Below the pieces are notes generated by a model. It saw only the letters and a list, made by a program, of their open reading frames with translations. It made no database searches and was not told the origin of the DNA. The translations under genes and the position numbers were made by a program. Shown here piece after piece: positions 34,883-45,102 of a stretch of DNA of 54,985 nucleotides. Source of the stretch: a virus. Lineage: Duplodnaviria > Caudoviricetes. The stretch lies in the IMG/VR virus record IMGVR_UViG_3300031801_000852, positions 1 through 54,985 of that record; one strand, given 5' to 3'. Positions within the stretch are counted from its first letter, which is position 1, and each line of letters opens with the position of its first letter.

Positions 34883-36364
34883 TCATGCCTTAAGTGGAAT
34901 GTTATGAATTTTATATGGAAACTTTTCTTCATCATATATTTTCATTCGGTCTTCATGATGTCGATAAGCATAATTCTTTCTATTCTTCCATCTCAAATCA
35001 TCTGCAATATCGTATAGTACTGTTTCTTGATTATTATCTGACAGTCTTAATCCTCGACCTATTGACTGTAGATTTCTAATACGACTCTTAGAAGGAGAAG
35101 AGAAAATAATGTTATGAAGATTCCTAATGTTGATGCCGGTACTAAATACCCCATAACTAGCCACGATGATTGCGTCTCGTTCTGTTTCTGCGATTGCTCG
35201 TATTTGTTCTCTTGTATCGGTTTCTGTTCCCCCATATACAAAAAAAGTTTTCCTATTGTCATCTGCTTTCTCCTTTATCATTTCGTATAAAATACGTCCA
35301 TGTTTTTTCACTAATCTAAAGAGAAGTAAAGTATTACCATCAAGTGATAATACTAAGTTTCTTATATATTTATTTCTTTTCTCATGTCCTACTATAAATT
35401 CCAATTCATCCGCATACTTAATTTTTCTAAATTGCTCACATATTACATCAGGATATTTTAATACAATAATTTCTACACGAAATGAAGCTAATTGCTTACT
35501 GTCAATTAATTTTTTGGTTGTTGTAACTTTATAAACCTTACCAAATAATCCCTCTAAAACTAATTTGTGAGTTTGAGTTCCATCTAATGTTCCTGTAGTT
35601 CCTATTCGATATTCTGCGTTCACACATTTAGTCATGATAGATGTAAGGGATTTTGATTTGAATCCGTGAGCCTCATCACCAATTACTAATTTGTATGATT
35701 CGAAAAGTTTCTTATTGAGTTTATAAATGGATTGCCATGTGGAAATAACAACCTTCTTATCTGATACCTTATCTTGACCCGCATAGACTTGGTGACAAAA
35801 TTTTGCGGAATCCCATCCATATTCCTGAAAGTCTGCATACAATTGAGAAACTAAAGAAGTAGTAGGTACAATTATTAACGTTTTAACATTAAGTGCTCGT
35901 ACAATTAGATAGATGATTAGGGATTTTCCACTAGCAGTAGGAGATACTAACAAACATTTTTTGTATGATAAGGCATGATAAAATCCCTCAAGTTGATAAT
36001 CTCTTGGTTCAAATGGTAATTTTAAATCCGCAAAGAAAGCTTTATTTTTTGCTATTTTTTTAGGTTTCCAATCAAAACCTATCGGGGCTACTGAGTAGTT
36101 TCGTGGCTGTGCGAATATAAAAACATATTCAAGTAATCCACTATACAGTAACCTATTGTGAATATTGAACAATCTTATCTTACCATCCCAGATCTTCATC
36201 CGAAAGGCCGGCATGAAAGTATGGCCCGGAACAATAAATGTAAAATAATCACACAATTCTTGTGCTACGCCTGCTTCACAGCTTATTTTGAGATATACCT
36301 CATCCTTCTTAGTAATCTCAATAATCTCAATGACCTTCTGTGAATCGTTTCCAATCGATTGCAT
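34883..36364 (-). CDS. uvsW: SF2 DNA helicase
   Basis: WDGKIRLF, PRDYQ, SPTASGKS, DEAH, QSIGRGLR. Confidence 0.95.
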   Translation of the reverse strand: MQSIGNDSQKVIEIIEITKKDEVYLKISCEAGVAQELCDYFTFIVPGHTFMPAFRMKIWDGKIRLFNIHNRLLYSGLLEYVFIFAQPRNYSVAPIGFDWKPKKIAKNKAFFADLKLPFEPRDYQLEGFYHALSYKKCLLVSPTASGKSLIIYLIVRALNVKTLIIVPTTSLVSQLYADFQEYGWDSAKFCHQVYAGQDKVSDKKVVISTWQSIYKLNKKLFESYKLVIGDEAHGFKSKSLTSIMTKCVNAEYRIGTTGTLDGTQTHKLVLEGLFGKVYKVTTTKKLIDSKQLASFRVEIIVLKYPDVICEQFRKIKYADELEFIVGHEKRNKYIRNLVLSLDGNTLLLFRLVKKHGRILYEMIKEKADDNRKTFFVYGGTETDTREQIRAIAETERDAIIVASYGVFSTGINIRNLHNIIFSSPSKSRIRNLQSIGRGLRLSDNNQETVLYDIADDLRWKNRKNYAYRHHEDRMKIYDEEKFPYKIHNIPLKA

Positions 36365-36761
36365 TTTTTATTAAATATCCTCTAGTTGTTAAACTTTTCA
36401 CTATAGATTCAAGATAGTTAACTTTTTCTTCTTGTAATGCAAGTAATTTTTTAGATTCTATTACATTATCATCCGCATCTATATATTCTTGTACATCTGC
36501 TTTGAGTAATTTTAATTGAAATGGTTCCCAATCGGCCGCCTCTAATTCTTTCGCAGTCATTCTTCCACTATAATAATCTCTTTTTCTTTTAATAAGACCG
36601 GCAAATAGATATTTTATTTCCTTGAATTTTAATTTTTCGTTGGAATAGAATATTAAATATTTGTTATGTAATTGGGGGATCTTTATGGATTCTTGAGATA
36701 GTTCAGTTTCATCCATTACACAATCGAGTGTCCATTGATATTGTATTTCTTCAAATTTCAT
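36327..36761 (-). CDS. uvsY: recombination mediator
   Basis: IPQLHNKY, YYSG, IKNAIDWKRF. Confidence 0.92.
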   Translation of the reverse strand: MKFEEIQYQWTLDCVMDETELSQESIKIPQLHNKYLIFYSNEKLKFKEIKYLFAGLIKRKRDYYSGRMTAKELEAADWEPFQLKLLKADVQEYIDADDNVIESKKLLALQEEKVNYLESIVKSLTTRGYLIKNAIDWKRFTEGH

Positions 36762-37332
36762 AATCTTTCAATTTTTTAAGGGCAACCATCGTGCCCGCTT
36801 GTTCAATTATTTCGGCGTAACCCTCTTCGATCCATTCATCTATAAATCTAGTTACTCCTTCACAAGTTGGATCAGTATAATCATGAGCTAAACAAGGACC
36901 ATTTAAATAATTCCAATGATGAATAAGGTCTTTCTTAACTCCTTCATATGAATGATCACCATCAACAAATAACATAGACAATGGTACATTTTCCATTGCG
37001 TGAGAATTCTCTGTCCTAATATCTATACGTTCTTTTTCTTCGTAATCATTCAACCAATCATCCACATCTGGATCATGACACCCCTCAACAACATCAACGG
37101 AAACTATTTCTACTTTGGTATCGTGTGTAGCAATGGCAAGTAATATGGTTGATCCTCCCCAATATCGACCAATCTCTAATATGATATTACCCTCTCTTGT
37201 CTTGGGCATTATTTTCCATTGCTGTGAAGCATACTTGTACAATAATCCTGCTTCATGCAAATCTAATCGAATTATATTTCTTGTTTCTCTTGGTGAATTA
37301 AATAACCATAATAATTGTGAAAAATCAGTCAT
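36751..37332 (-). CDS. class I SAM-dependent methyltransferase (small-molecule/O-MTase-like)
   Basis: LEIGRYWGGST, LFVDGDHSYEGV, HDY. Confidence 0.85.
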   Translation of the reverse strand: MTDFSQLLWLFNSPRETRNIIRLDLHEAGLLYKYASQQWKIMPKTREGNIILEIGRYWGGSTILLAIATHDTKVEIVSVDVVEGCHDPDVDDWLNDYEEKERIDIRTENSHAMENVPLSMLFVDGDHSYEGVKKDLIHHWNYLNGPCLAHDYTDPTCEGVTRFIDEWIEEGYAEIIEQAGTMVALKKLKDYEI

Positions 37333-38911
37333 TGTGAATATTGTTTTTTAGATATTGATAAGGGCTTGGAAAATCTTTAATTTGTTCATCCCAATTCTTT
37401 TTTCTTTCTTCAATTTGCTGAATATTGAACTTAGTCATTTTTTTAATACTTTCCATATTGCCCCCACTATATTTTATTGAATGTATATCTGTAGGGTTCC
37501 AATTCATACCAGCCGCCATACAATGGGCAGGACTATATGTATTGAATTGCTTATTAAAATTTTTCTCCCTATAAGCCTGATGAAATTTTCCAGATAAACC
37601 ATCAGAAGTAGATGAAAAAAGATCTGGTGACCACTCTCTAGATATTATCTCTCGCCAGTATTCAGTATCATCTCTATGTGTGAGCCCATAACACATTACA
37701 ACCGGAGCGGCAAATCCATAAAAATCATCATGACATTTGGTAGTAAATTCTTTTCTATCCCATTCACTTATATGTCCTCGTTCTAATGTACAACATAAAT
37801 TAAATATAAATTGATGAGTACAATGTAATCCATTGGATTGTAATGGTTCAATAAAACCTGCTGCTAACCCAATTGCACAAGTATTTTTAACCCATAATTT
37901 TGATTGTATTCCACATCTCATTGGAATTAAATGATATTCTAAAGCTTCAACATTTTCATATCCTTTTCTTCTTAATCCCTGTTTAAATTCTCGTAATGCG
38001 GCTTGTGTAGAAATAAACTTATCCGAAAATACATAACCAGATCCCATTCTAGACCACAATGGAATTTCCCATATCCAGCCATTTTCAATCGCTGTACACT
38101 TTGTATAATTTACAATTTGTGTTTCTGGATCTTTATAAGGTATTTTAGTAGCCCAAGCATAATTATTGGGAATATAATCATTAATGTTTACAAATGATAC
38201 CCCAAAGGCTTCAGTCAATAATAAAGATTTGAATCCTGTACAGTCTATAAATAAATCTGCCTCAAGTCTACGCCCATCATCTAATACAAGATGTTTAATC
38301 CCATTATCATTCAAAGGGATTTCTTTTACTTCTGCTAGAATATGAGTGAAATTATTAGAATACTTAGACTTACAGTAATTATCTTTCAACCATATACCGA
38401 ATTTAGTAGCATCAAATTGATAAGAATATTTCGATTGTTGTTGAACTTCATTCTCTGAAGAATTATCAGTAAAAAGTGATTTGTTTTGATTTACAAGTGC
38501 CATCCCTGGGAAAAAACATTCCGCATAATCACTTACTGGTGTTTCGGGATAAAGTATTTTTTTAAAATGCCAGTCATCTAATCCAGTATTTGGTGGAAAT
38601 ATTGGCATACCAAATGGATAATGAAATGTTCCTGAATCTTCTCGATACCAGTTTTCAAATGCAATACTTAATTTATAAATGGCATCACAATGAGGCATAA
38701 AATCACGGTCATTAATGTCTACCAAACTTAACCAATTAGCAATACCTTGAAAACCACTTTGACCACCAGCAACAGTACTTTCTCCCACACCTATATTAGA
38801 AATATTAGGAGATTCTACAAGTGTAATTTTTTTATCAGGAAATTGATTTAATAATGTGGCTGCGGTCATCCACCCCGCCGTACCACCTCCTACTATTGCA
38901 ATATTAATCAT
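37325..38911 (-). CDS. flavin-dependent tryptophan halogenase-family protein
   Basis: GGGTAGW, GVGEST, AIYK, GWIWEIP, FIEPL. Confidence 0.9.
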   Translation of the reverse strand: MINIAIVGGGTAGWMTAATLLNQFPDKKITLVESPNISNIGVGESTVAGGQSGFQGIANWLSLVDINDRDFMPHCDAIYKLSIAFENWYREDSGTFHYPFGMPIFPPNTGLDDWHFKKILYPETPVSDYAECFFPGMALVNQNKSLFTDNSSENEVQQQSKYSYQFDATKFGIWLKDNYCKSKYSNNFTHILAEVKEIPLNDNGIKHLVLDDGRRLEADLFIDCTGFKSLLLTEAFGVSFVNINDYIPNNYAWATKIPYKDPETQIVNYTKCTAIENGWIWEIPLWSRMGSGYVFSDKFISTQAALREFKQGLRRKGYENVEALEYHLIPMRCGIQSKLWVKNTCAIGLAAGFIEPLQSNGLHCTHQFIFNLCCTLERGHISEWDRKEFTTKCHDDFYGFAAPVVMCYGLTHRDDTEYWREIISREWSPDLFSSTSDGLSGKFHQAYREKNFNKQFNTYSPAHCMAAGMNWNPTDIHSIKYSGGNMESIKKMTKFNIQQIEERKKNWDEQIKDFPSPYQYLKNNIHND

Positions 38912-40170
38912 AAGCCTTCAAACATTTTCTTTAGTTTAGCTACATATTCTTCTATAACAATAAAAGGCTCATCAGGATTAAGTGGCCACCTATAATTAGG
39001 TATCAATCTTCTTTCAACCCGTTTCTTTGTGCTATCATCTTCATCATACTGTACAACTTCTGAAGAAAAAGTAAAATCTATGCCGTCTGGGGGATCTCCT
39101 ATAGTATTCTCTAACACATTATAAAAATCAGCTATTAGTTTTTTCACAGGCCAATCTTTTTTATCATAAGTACATAACCATTTAGGTGTATAACTATCTC
39201 CGTCTTCAACATATTCTAACTTATCTTCTATTCTAGAAAATGTATATTTATGATTTTTATAAGATCCAATTCCTAATACATTATAATTTGACGCTAATAA
39301 CATTTCGGGATTAGTCATCAAGCCATCAAGGTGTATATCTTGTTGAGACATTTCATCCCAATCTATTTCTTTTTTGTATATCTTATCTTCTTTTCTTGCC
39401 TTACGTCCTGTTGCATCAGCAAAATCACTATCAGAATCTTCTCGTTCAAATCCTTTATGATATTGAGTATTAAGATGTAAAAATTCATTTACTCTATTAG
39501 TAACTTGAACATCATACTTCCCCACTTCATCAAAAATCGTCTGCACACTTATTTCTGAAATATCATGATTGGCTAATTTTTGCATATCTGTTGAAAGTCT
39601 ATCCAAATCCCTATTCACATCACCTGTATCAAAAAAAATAATATCTGACATTGTAAATAATCCTAGTGTATTTGCATGGTCTAAAAAATTATAAATGACA
39701 TCATCATTTTTGGGTGCTCTTCGTTTTTGTTGTTTTACTACTTCTCTATCAAAACTCTGTACACAAGCTACTACTGTATTAAAGTTGTATTCACTCACCA
39801 CATTTAATTGTTCCTTAGTCCAATCGGCCATGTGGAATTCCATTAATTTTCTTGGGCATTCTTTGAAATTAGGAATAAGATCAAATATGTTTCGCATTAT
39901 TTTTGCGGACATCAATGTGGGAGTTCCACCACCCCAAAAATAGTTACGAATGAGGTCTGAACTTAATACAGGTTCATAAAATTTTATTTGATTTGGAAGA
40001 TATTCTGAATAATAACGATGGAAGGCGCTCTTCTCAAACATTGTACCCTTAAAAGTACAATAAGTACATTGTTCTTTACAGAAGGGGCTGTGGATATATA
40101 CCCCCGTTTTTAATTTGGTATTACTCCACGCTGTTAAAATTTCTTCTTTAGAAATTTCTTTCATAATCAA
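38908..40170 (-). CDS. HemN-like radical SAM protein
   Basis: YIHSPFCKEQCTYC, WGGGTPT, VQSFD. Confidence 0.85.
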   Translation of the reverse strand: MIMKEISKEEILTAWSNTKLKTGVYIHSPFCKEQCTYCTFKGTMFEKSAFHRYYSEYLPNQIKFYEPVLSSDLIRNYFWGGGTPTLMSAKIMRNIFDLIPNFKECPRKLMEFHMADWTKEQLNVVSEYNFNTVVACVQSFDREVVKQQKRRAPKNDDVIYNFLDHANTLGLFTMSDIIFFDTGDVNRDLDRLSTDMQKLANHDISEISVQTIFDEVGKYDVQVTNRVNEFLHLNTQYHKGFEREDSDSDFADATGRKARKEDKIYKKEIDWDEMSQQDIHLDGLMTNPEMLLASNYNVLGIGSYKNHKYTFSRIEDKLEYVEDGDSYTPKWLCTYDKKDWPVKKLIADFYNVLENTIGDPPDGIDFTFSSEVVQYDEDDSTKKRVERRLIPNYRWPLNPDEPFIVIEEYVAKLKKMFEGL

Positions 40171-40184
40171 ATAATCATTAGAAG

Positions 40185-41153
40185 TTAAAAATTTAACATT
40201 GGTGCGATGGTGTCTTGTTCAACCATCCAATCAGAAATATTATAGTTCACAAATCCCCAAGGCGCATCTCTCCCTTGTAATTTAAAATTTCTAAAACCCA
40301 AATCATAAAGTTGTTTAAATTCGGCTTTAGAAAGTACACATGACCTTAATTCTGATTTTGTCCACCTTTCACATATACTATTAGGATGTCCGGGATTATG
40401 AATAAAATCTACATTAGTAAAATTAAACATACCATGCCAACCATCAATTACTGCTGATGAAGTTTCATCATAGTGATCTTTTCTTATACTACAATTTATT
40501 GTACATTTTTCATTTACGAGAAGTTCATATTTATCAACTTTTCCAGACTCAGCTATTTTTTCACATAATCTGAGATTAAGATTATCATCAGGGTGTAAAT
40601 ATATTCTATCATACTTCTCAAACAAACTTTCGTAATATTCAAAGGTTCTTTTCTTTGGCATTTCTGATGTTAGTTTGACAATCGATGCTTTTTGTCTTAG
40701 ATTTGGATATTTGTCTCTTATGTAGTCTGACAAAATATCACAAGTAATAGCAACAGAATTACTATCAAAGTTTTGTCTTGCCAACAAATCCAACAAATAA
40801 TTACAACTTGGATCAGATAAATGTTCTTCTTTAAGTAAAGTATTTGAAAAAGTAAAAGTACAACCTATACCTCTATTATTATAGTCTTTGATTACCGCTT
40901 CTGGTGTCCATCCACTATAATTATGAACAGGAGAAGAACAAGAAGTTCTTCCTCCTTGCCACATTACATTGTAACAACCAAATACTGATGTAATGGGTAA
41001 TATACATGCATATCGATTTTGAATTTGATCTAAAAGCTGAAAAATGTTATCATCGTGAACAAATAGACCACCGATATCCCATTTTGCATCTGGCCAATCT
41101 GGATTTAATATATCCTGACCGTGCGGAACTTTGTTTGATTTTAATTTGGGCAT
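40185..41153 (-). CDS. peptidase U32-like (putative Fe-S) protein
   Basis: ELLVNEKCTINC...C..., LYDLGFRNFKLQGR resembles the U32 LKIEGR signature. Confidence 0.55.
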   Translation of the reverse strand: MPKLKSNKVPHGQDILNPDWPDAKWDIGGLFVHDDNIFQLLDQIQNRYACILPITSVFGCYNVMWQGGRTSCSSPVHNYSGWTPEAVIKDYNNRGIGCTFTFSNTLLKEEHLSDPSCNYLLDLLARQNFDSNSVAITCDILSDYIRDKYPNLRQKASIVKLTSEMPKKRTFEYYESLFEKYDRIYLHPDDNLNLRLCEKIAESGKVDKYELLVNEKCTINCSIRKDHYDETSSAVIDGWHGMFNFTNVDFIHNPGHPNSICERWTKSELRSCVLSKAEFKQLYDLGFRNFKLQGRDAPWGFVNYNISDWMVEQDTIAPMLNF

Positions 41154-41156
41154 TTT

Positions 41157-41630
41157 TTAATTGTTCAATAGATTTTTAATAATATATTCTGAATAGTTAA
41201 AACTAATGGATGCGGTTTGATATACTGGATCTGTTGTAGTACTATCAAATGATATTGCTGATAATGAGATGGGGAATATTTCTTTGAAATGAAATTCCAG
41301 CGTAGGATTCATAGAACTACTTAAAATAGTTAATACTGCGGAAGTGTATTTGGATTTGTTACCAGTCATCCACTCATATATTTCTTGCCAATTTTTTAAA
41401 TATTCATCAATCAAAAAAGTTATATCAAGATTCTCATAAGTTATAACACCAGTATAACGTGCAAAATTTGTAATTCGAGGAGCTCCAATTTGCTGTGCTT
41501 CTAATGTTACACCTGGTAAATTACAAGTTTGAACAAAAAAAGAAGTGGTTGGTAAGGCAGCAATGTCAAACTTAAATTGGACATCGGCTAAAGGGTTAAT
41601 ATTTTTAGGTTGTTCTGCTAAGCTTGCCAT
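41157..41630 (-). CDS. gp3: tail completion/terminator protein
   Basis: NINPL..FKF, NLPGV, FLIDEYLKNWQEIYEWM, FPISLS. Confidence 0.88.
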   Translation of the reverse strand: MASLAEQPKNINPLADVQFKFDIAALPTTSFFVQTCNLPGVTLEAQQIGAPRITNFARYTGVITYENLDITFLIDEYLKNWQEIYEWMTGNKSKYTSAVLTILSSSMNPTLEFHFKEIFPISLSAISFDSTTTDPVYQTASISFNYSEYIIKNLLNN

Positions 41631-42418
41631 AGTTCCTTTTCATCTTTTGAAAATAAATTTGGGAGTTTTGGAAAATCATCTCCACGATAATTAATCCAAA
41701 TAAATTGTAGAGCCGGATGTTTTTCAATAACTTTATAGAGTTGATCTGTCCAACTTTTATGTACATCTATCCACCCTCTTGTATTTTCATTACCTTGTCT
41801 TACAGTTTTAGTTCCGTTTTCATGTATATAACCATCACTAATTTTACTATCTTTACTAAAATAGTGCTTGGTATCGGCATAAAGATTATCATATTCATCT
41901 TCTTTATGATCAAACCCTAGTAAATAAACTTTTTCATAATCATTACAAGTAAAATCTTGACATGCAATGTGTAATGCTGAAGTTCCTGTAGACCACCCTA
42001 AAACTTCTTCACCTATATTTTTTATCTTATCTTCCATTCCTTTAGGAACCCAGATAATGTAACTTTGAGTTTTTGTTACTCCACTATCAAGTCCGGAAAT
42101 ATACACAAAATATTCACAATCAAATCTTCGATATGTTACATGTTCTGTTCCATTTGCTAAACCATCATATGCACTTGCGGGTAACAGATTCCATGAATTA
42201 TGTGTAAAATAACATTGTCCTTCATATCCGGAGTCAATAATATCACTCATTATTCCTGCATCAATGGCACAAATTACATCAGGTGTAAAGTCTCTATAAC
42301 AAGCATTACATCCTATAACTGTTCCATCTAATTTTGATGGATCTATATTTTTTCTACTTGGACCGTTTCCTAGTACAAAAACAGAATCTATACCTTGAGC
42401 ATCATCTCCTTCAAACAT
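41618..42418 (-). CDS. conserved phage protein (DUF115/glycosyltransferase-like Rossmann fold)
   Basis: VLGNGPSR, GCNACYRDF, WSTGTSA, YLLGFD. Confidence 0.65.
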   Translation of the reverse strand: MFEGDDAQGIDSVFVLGNGPSRKNIDPSKLDGTVIGCNACYRDFTPDVICAIDAGIMSDIIDSGYEGQCYFTHNSWNLLPASAYDGLANGTEHVTYRRFDCEYFVYISGLDSGVTKTQSYIIWVPKGMEDKIKNIGEEVLGWSTGTSALHIACQDFTCNDYEKVYLLGFDHKEDEYDNLYADTKHYFSKDSKISDGYIHENGTKTVRQGNENTRGWIDVHKSWTDQLYKVIEKHPALQFIWINYRGDDFPKLPNLFSKDEKELWQA

Positions 42419-42457
42419 TTCACTACCTCCATTATTATACTAATATTTAGTAAGCAT

Positions 42458-42489
42458 AAAAAAAGGGTGGACATAAAGCCCACCCTTTT
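42458..42489 (-). terminator. rho-independent terminator after gp23
   Basis: AAAAGGGTGG...CCACCC followed by a T7 run. Confidence 0.88.
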
Positions 42490-42511
42490 AAAGTCATCTT
42501 CAGAAAGAAGA

Positions 42512-43798
42512 TTACATAAGGTTAGCCACGATAACGTGTCTGTAGTAACGGTTAGCGTTAGCTGTAAGTGAACCATCACCTGCTCCGTTATTTGCGGAAC
42601 CGGTTTCATTCGCGAAAGGATTAGAAACAAGACCATAACGAGTCTTAAAACCAATCTTTGGCTGGAATGAATTCTCACCAACTGCACGAACCATTTGCAA
42701 CGGAACGTAAGGACAGTAGAACAGTCCTGCGTCATATGCAGATGAGCCTTTGTAACCAACTGTGAAATAGTTAGTTGCGGCAGAAGGAGCGTATGGATCA
42801 ACGAAAACTTTGAAACGACCATTCAAAGTTCCAACCATTGTGGAACCAGAATCATCTGGATCAAAATTATTTCCGGAAGGTGCTCCGGACAGCTGACCTG
42901 CCATTGCTAATGCAGATGCTACATCTGAAGAAGTAATGAGAACATTACCTTTTCCTCTGCGAGTATCTTTAGCAATTGCGTTTGCTTCACGTTCAATCTG
43001 GAACATCAACCCTTTGAACTTCTCTACTGACCAACGGCCATTAGAATCGGTATCAAGATCAAAAGTTCCTGCGGCTGTAGTGTTATGAGCTGCACCAGTT
43101 TTTGCGTTGGTGTAGATAGTTCTCATAACTTCGCGGTTAATTTCAGCCAAAATTTCATTTGACAGAATGTTTGACAATTCTGTTTCAGCATCCAAACCAT
43201 GAACGGCTTTAAGATCCTGAGCCAATTCCATTGTGTACTCAGCTTTGAGTGCACGTGACTTGGCGGTAACAGTTACTTTGTCAATTGCGAATGCCATTTC
43301 GGATACTGCCACATCAGCTTCTTGTGTCGCTGTTGCGGTACCAGTACCAGTAGTCATACTAGCATGTGCAGGGTTACTGTTAGCAGAATGTGTTCCACTA
43401 CCAGAAAATGATGTGTCGGCTTCGACAGAATCAGCCGCTTCTACACCAGCCTGAGATGTGATGTGAGACTTCATACAGAAGATCAGTCCGGTAGGACCAG
43501 TCATCGGTTGAACTCCACAAACATCATAGGCGATGAGATTAGGCATGGCTCTACGAACCAACGAAATTAAAACAGGATCAACGGTGTCAACGTTACCGCC
43601 GGTCTTGTTAGCGTGAGCTGCTTCTTGGATATTTCCAAACATTCCACCATCTTGAGTGGCTTGTTCCCGCATAGCTTTCTCTTGGTTTTCCAAAAGAACT
43701 GCCGTTACGGCCTTCCGATAGTTATCTTTGATCGGAGGGAGATCTTCGTGTCCAAGAACCGGACCCCACTTTTTCTGAAGGTCTTCAGCTAGGTACAT
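42512..43798 (-). CDS. gp23: major capsid protein
   Basis: GVQPMTGPTGLIF, SRALKAEYTMELAQDLKAVHGLDAE, FQPKIGFKTRYG. Confidence 0.98.
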   Translation of the reverse strand: MYLAEDLQKKWGPVLGHEDLPPIKDNYRKAVTAVLLENQEKAMREQATQDGGMFGNIQEAAHANKTGGNVDTVDPVLISLVRRAMPNLIAYDVCGVQPMTGPTGLIFCMKSHITSQAGVEAADSVEADTSFSGSGTHSANSNPAHASMTTGTGTATATQEADVAVSEMAFAIDKVTVTAKSRALKAEYTMELAQDLKAVHGLDAETELSNILSNEILAEINREVMRTIYTNAKTGAAHNTTAAGTFDLDTDSNGRWSVEKFKGLMFQIEREANAIAKDTRRGKGNVLITSSDVASALAMAGQLSGAPSGNNFDPDDSGSTMVGTLNGRFKVFVDPYAPSAATNYFTVGYKGSSAYDAGLFYCPYVPLQMVRAVGENSFQPKIGFKTRYGLVSNPFANETGSANNGAGDGSLTANANRYYRHVIVANLM

Positions 43799-43822
43799 AT
43801 TATTCTCCTATAAGGTTTAAAA

Positions 43823-45043
43823 TTAAGTATTGTAGCGTTTTATCGCTGATGTATAATGTTTCATAGATTCATCAATTTTTTCTGGAGATTTCTCTTCAGT
43901 CAATTCGATGGTGTCATCAGTTTCAGTAATTTCTGATGTAACTGAATCAGTCTTTGGGAAATAACTCTCCTTAAGGACATTCAATTTTTCAATGTATTGC
44001 TCCGTGTTCTCAAATTCAATACCTTCAGCCAACTTAGCGATTTTTTCCGAATCAGTATCGGCCAAATCTTTAGTTGATTGTTTAAGGGCATCATCTTTTT
44101 TGAACTGAGCCAATTCTTTTTGGAGTTCTACTCCACGATTAATCTCTTCATCCAAAGAGGTTTCAAGATCTTCAACTTTTGTGAATAAGTCGTCAACCAT
44201 GTCAACTTTCTCTTCAGGAATGTCGATGTAATGTTCTGTGAAGAGGGTTTTGATTCCAGACATGAAATCTTCAACCAATTCGGAACGAATTCCTCTTTCG
44301 ATTGCCAATTCATTTTCCTTCATCCACTCTTCTACAACATAAGTAAGATAACCGTCAACTTTTTCTGTAAGTTCTTTTTGGAACTCTTGAGATCCAGCTT
44401 CTTGTTCTTTTGCTTGTTGTTCCATCCGGGCATTGACTTCATCGACAACTTTTGCATGAACTGCAGCTTCGAAAATAGTCGTGGCCTTTGTTTTAAATTC
44501 TTCAGAAAGTCCTTCTTCACCTGCAGTTAAGGCTTCAATGTCGTCTTGAACATTAATCGGTCCAATATCTTCCTTTGTAACTACAGCTTTAGTACGGGTT
44601 TCTTTGACTTCTTTAACTTGTTTCAAAGAAGTTGAGGCCATGATTTGCTCATATTTACCAGCAAGATCACTTTTCAACATTTTGTTAACTTCATCATAGA
44701 TGTTTTTCAACATTTGATTTTTAGTTGAAGGAATTACAGATTCTTTTTTTGCTTTTTTAGATTCTGCGGGAACTTCTTCTTCCTCTTCATCCCCTTCTTC
44801 CTCTTCCTCTTCACCTTCTTCTTTTTTAACGGAAGATTTACCTTCTGCTACTTCAGGCTCTTCTTCATCTTCTTCTTCGTCATCTTCTTCTTTTTTAACT
44901 GAACGTTTACCTTCTTTTACTTCAGGCTCTTCTTCATCTTCTTCTTCGTCTGAAGAATCTTGTTCAGCAGCAGCTCTCCGCTTTTCAGCTAGTTCTTCTT
45001 CTGTCATTTCCTCAGACTCTTTGGTCAAAATTTCTTCAGACAT
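43823..45043 (-). CDS. gp22: prohead core scaffold
   Basis: LSEEFKTKATTIFEAAV, YVVEEWMKENELAIE. Confidence 0.93.
   Translation of the reverse strand: MSEEILTKESEEMTEEELAEKRRAAAEQDSSDEEEDEEEPEVKEGKRSVKKEEDDEEEDEEEPEVAEGKSSVKKEEGEEEEEEGDEEEEEVPAESKKAKKESVIPSTKNQMLKNIYDEVNKMLKSDLAGKYEQIMASTSLKQVKEVKETRTKAVVTKEDIGPINVQDDIEALTAGEEGLSEEFKTKATTIFEAAVHAKVVDEVNARMEQQAKEQEAGSQEFQKELTEKVDGYLTYVVEEWMKENELAIERGIRSELVEDFMSGIKTLFTEHYIDIPEEKVDMVDDLFTKVEDLETSLDEEINRGVELQKELAQFKKDDALKQSTKDLADTDSEKIAKLAEGIEFENTEQYIEKLNVLKESYFPKTDSVTSEITETDDTIELTEEKSPEKIDESMKHYTSAIKRYNT
44810..44950. repeat. 69 bp-period tandem repeat in the gp22 acidic N-terminus
   Basis: acttcaggctcttcttcatcttcttcttcgtc at 44850 and 44919. 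Confidence 0.8.
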
Positions 45044-45090
45044 TTAAATCTCCTAATCTGTTCTAATTAAAGTATATTTACTTTGTGTAT

Positions 45091-45098
45091 TATTTAGT
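45091..45098 (-). promoter_or_regulatory. late promoter variant ACTAAATA upstream of gp22
   Basis: One of three intergenic copies. Confidence 0.6.
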
Positions 45099-45102
45099 AA
45101 TT

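Noticed and set aside
42388-42822. 144 aa alternative-frame ORF overlapping the gp23 3' end
   Set aside because: It crosses the gp23 terminator and has no recognisable motif.
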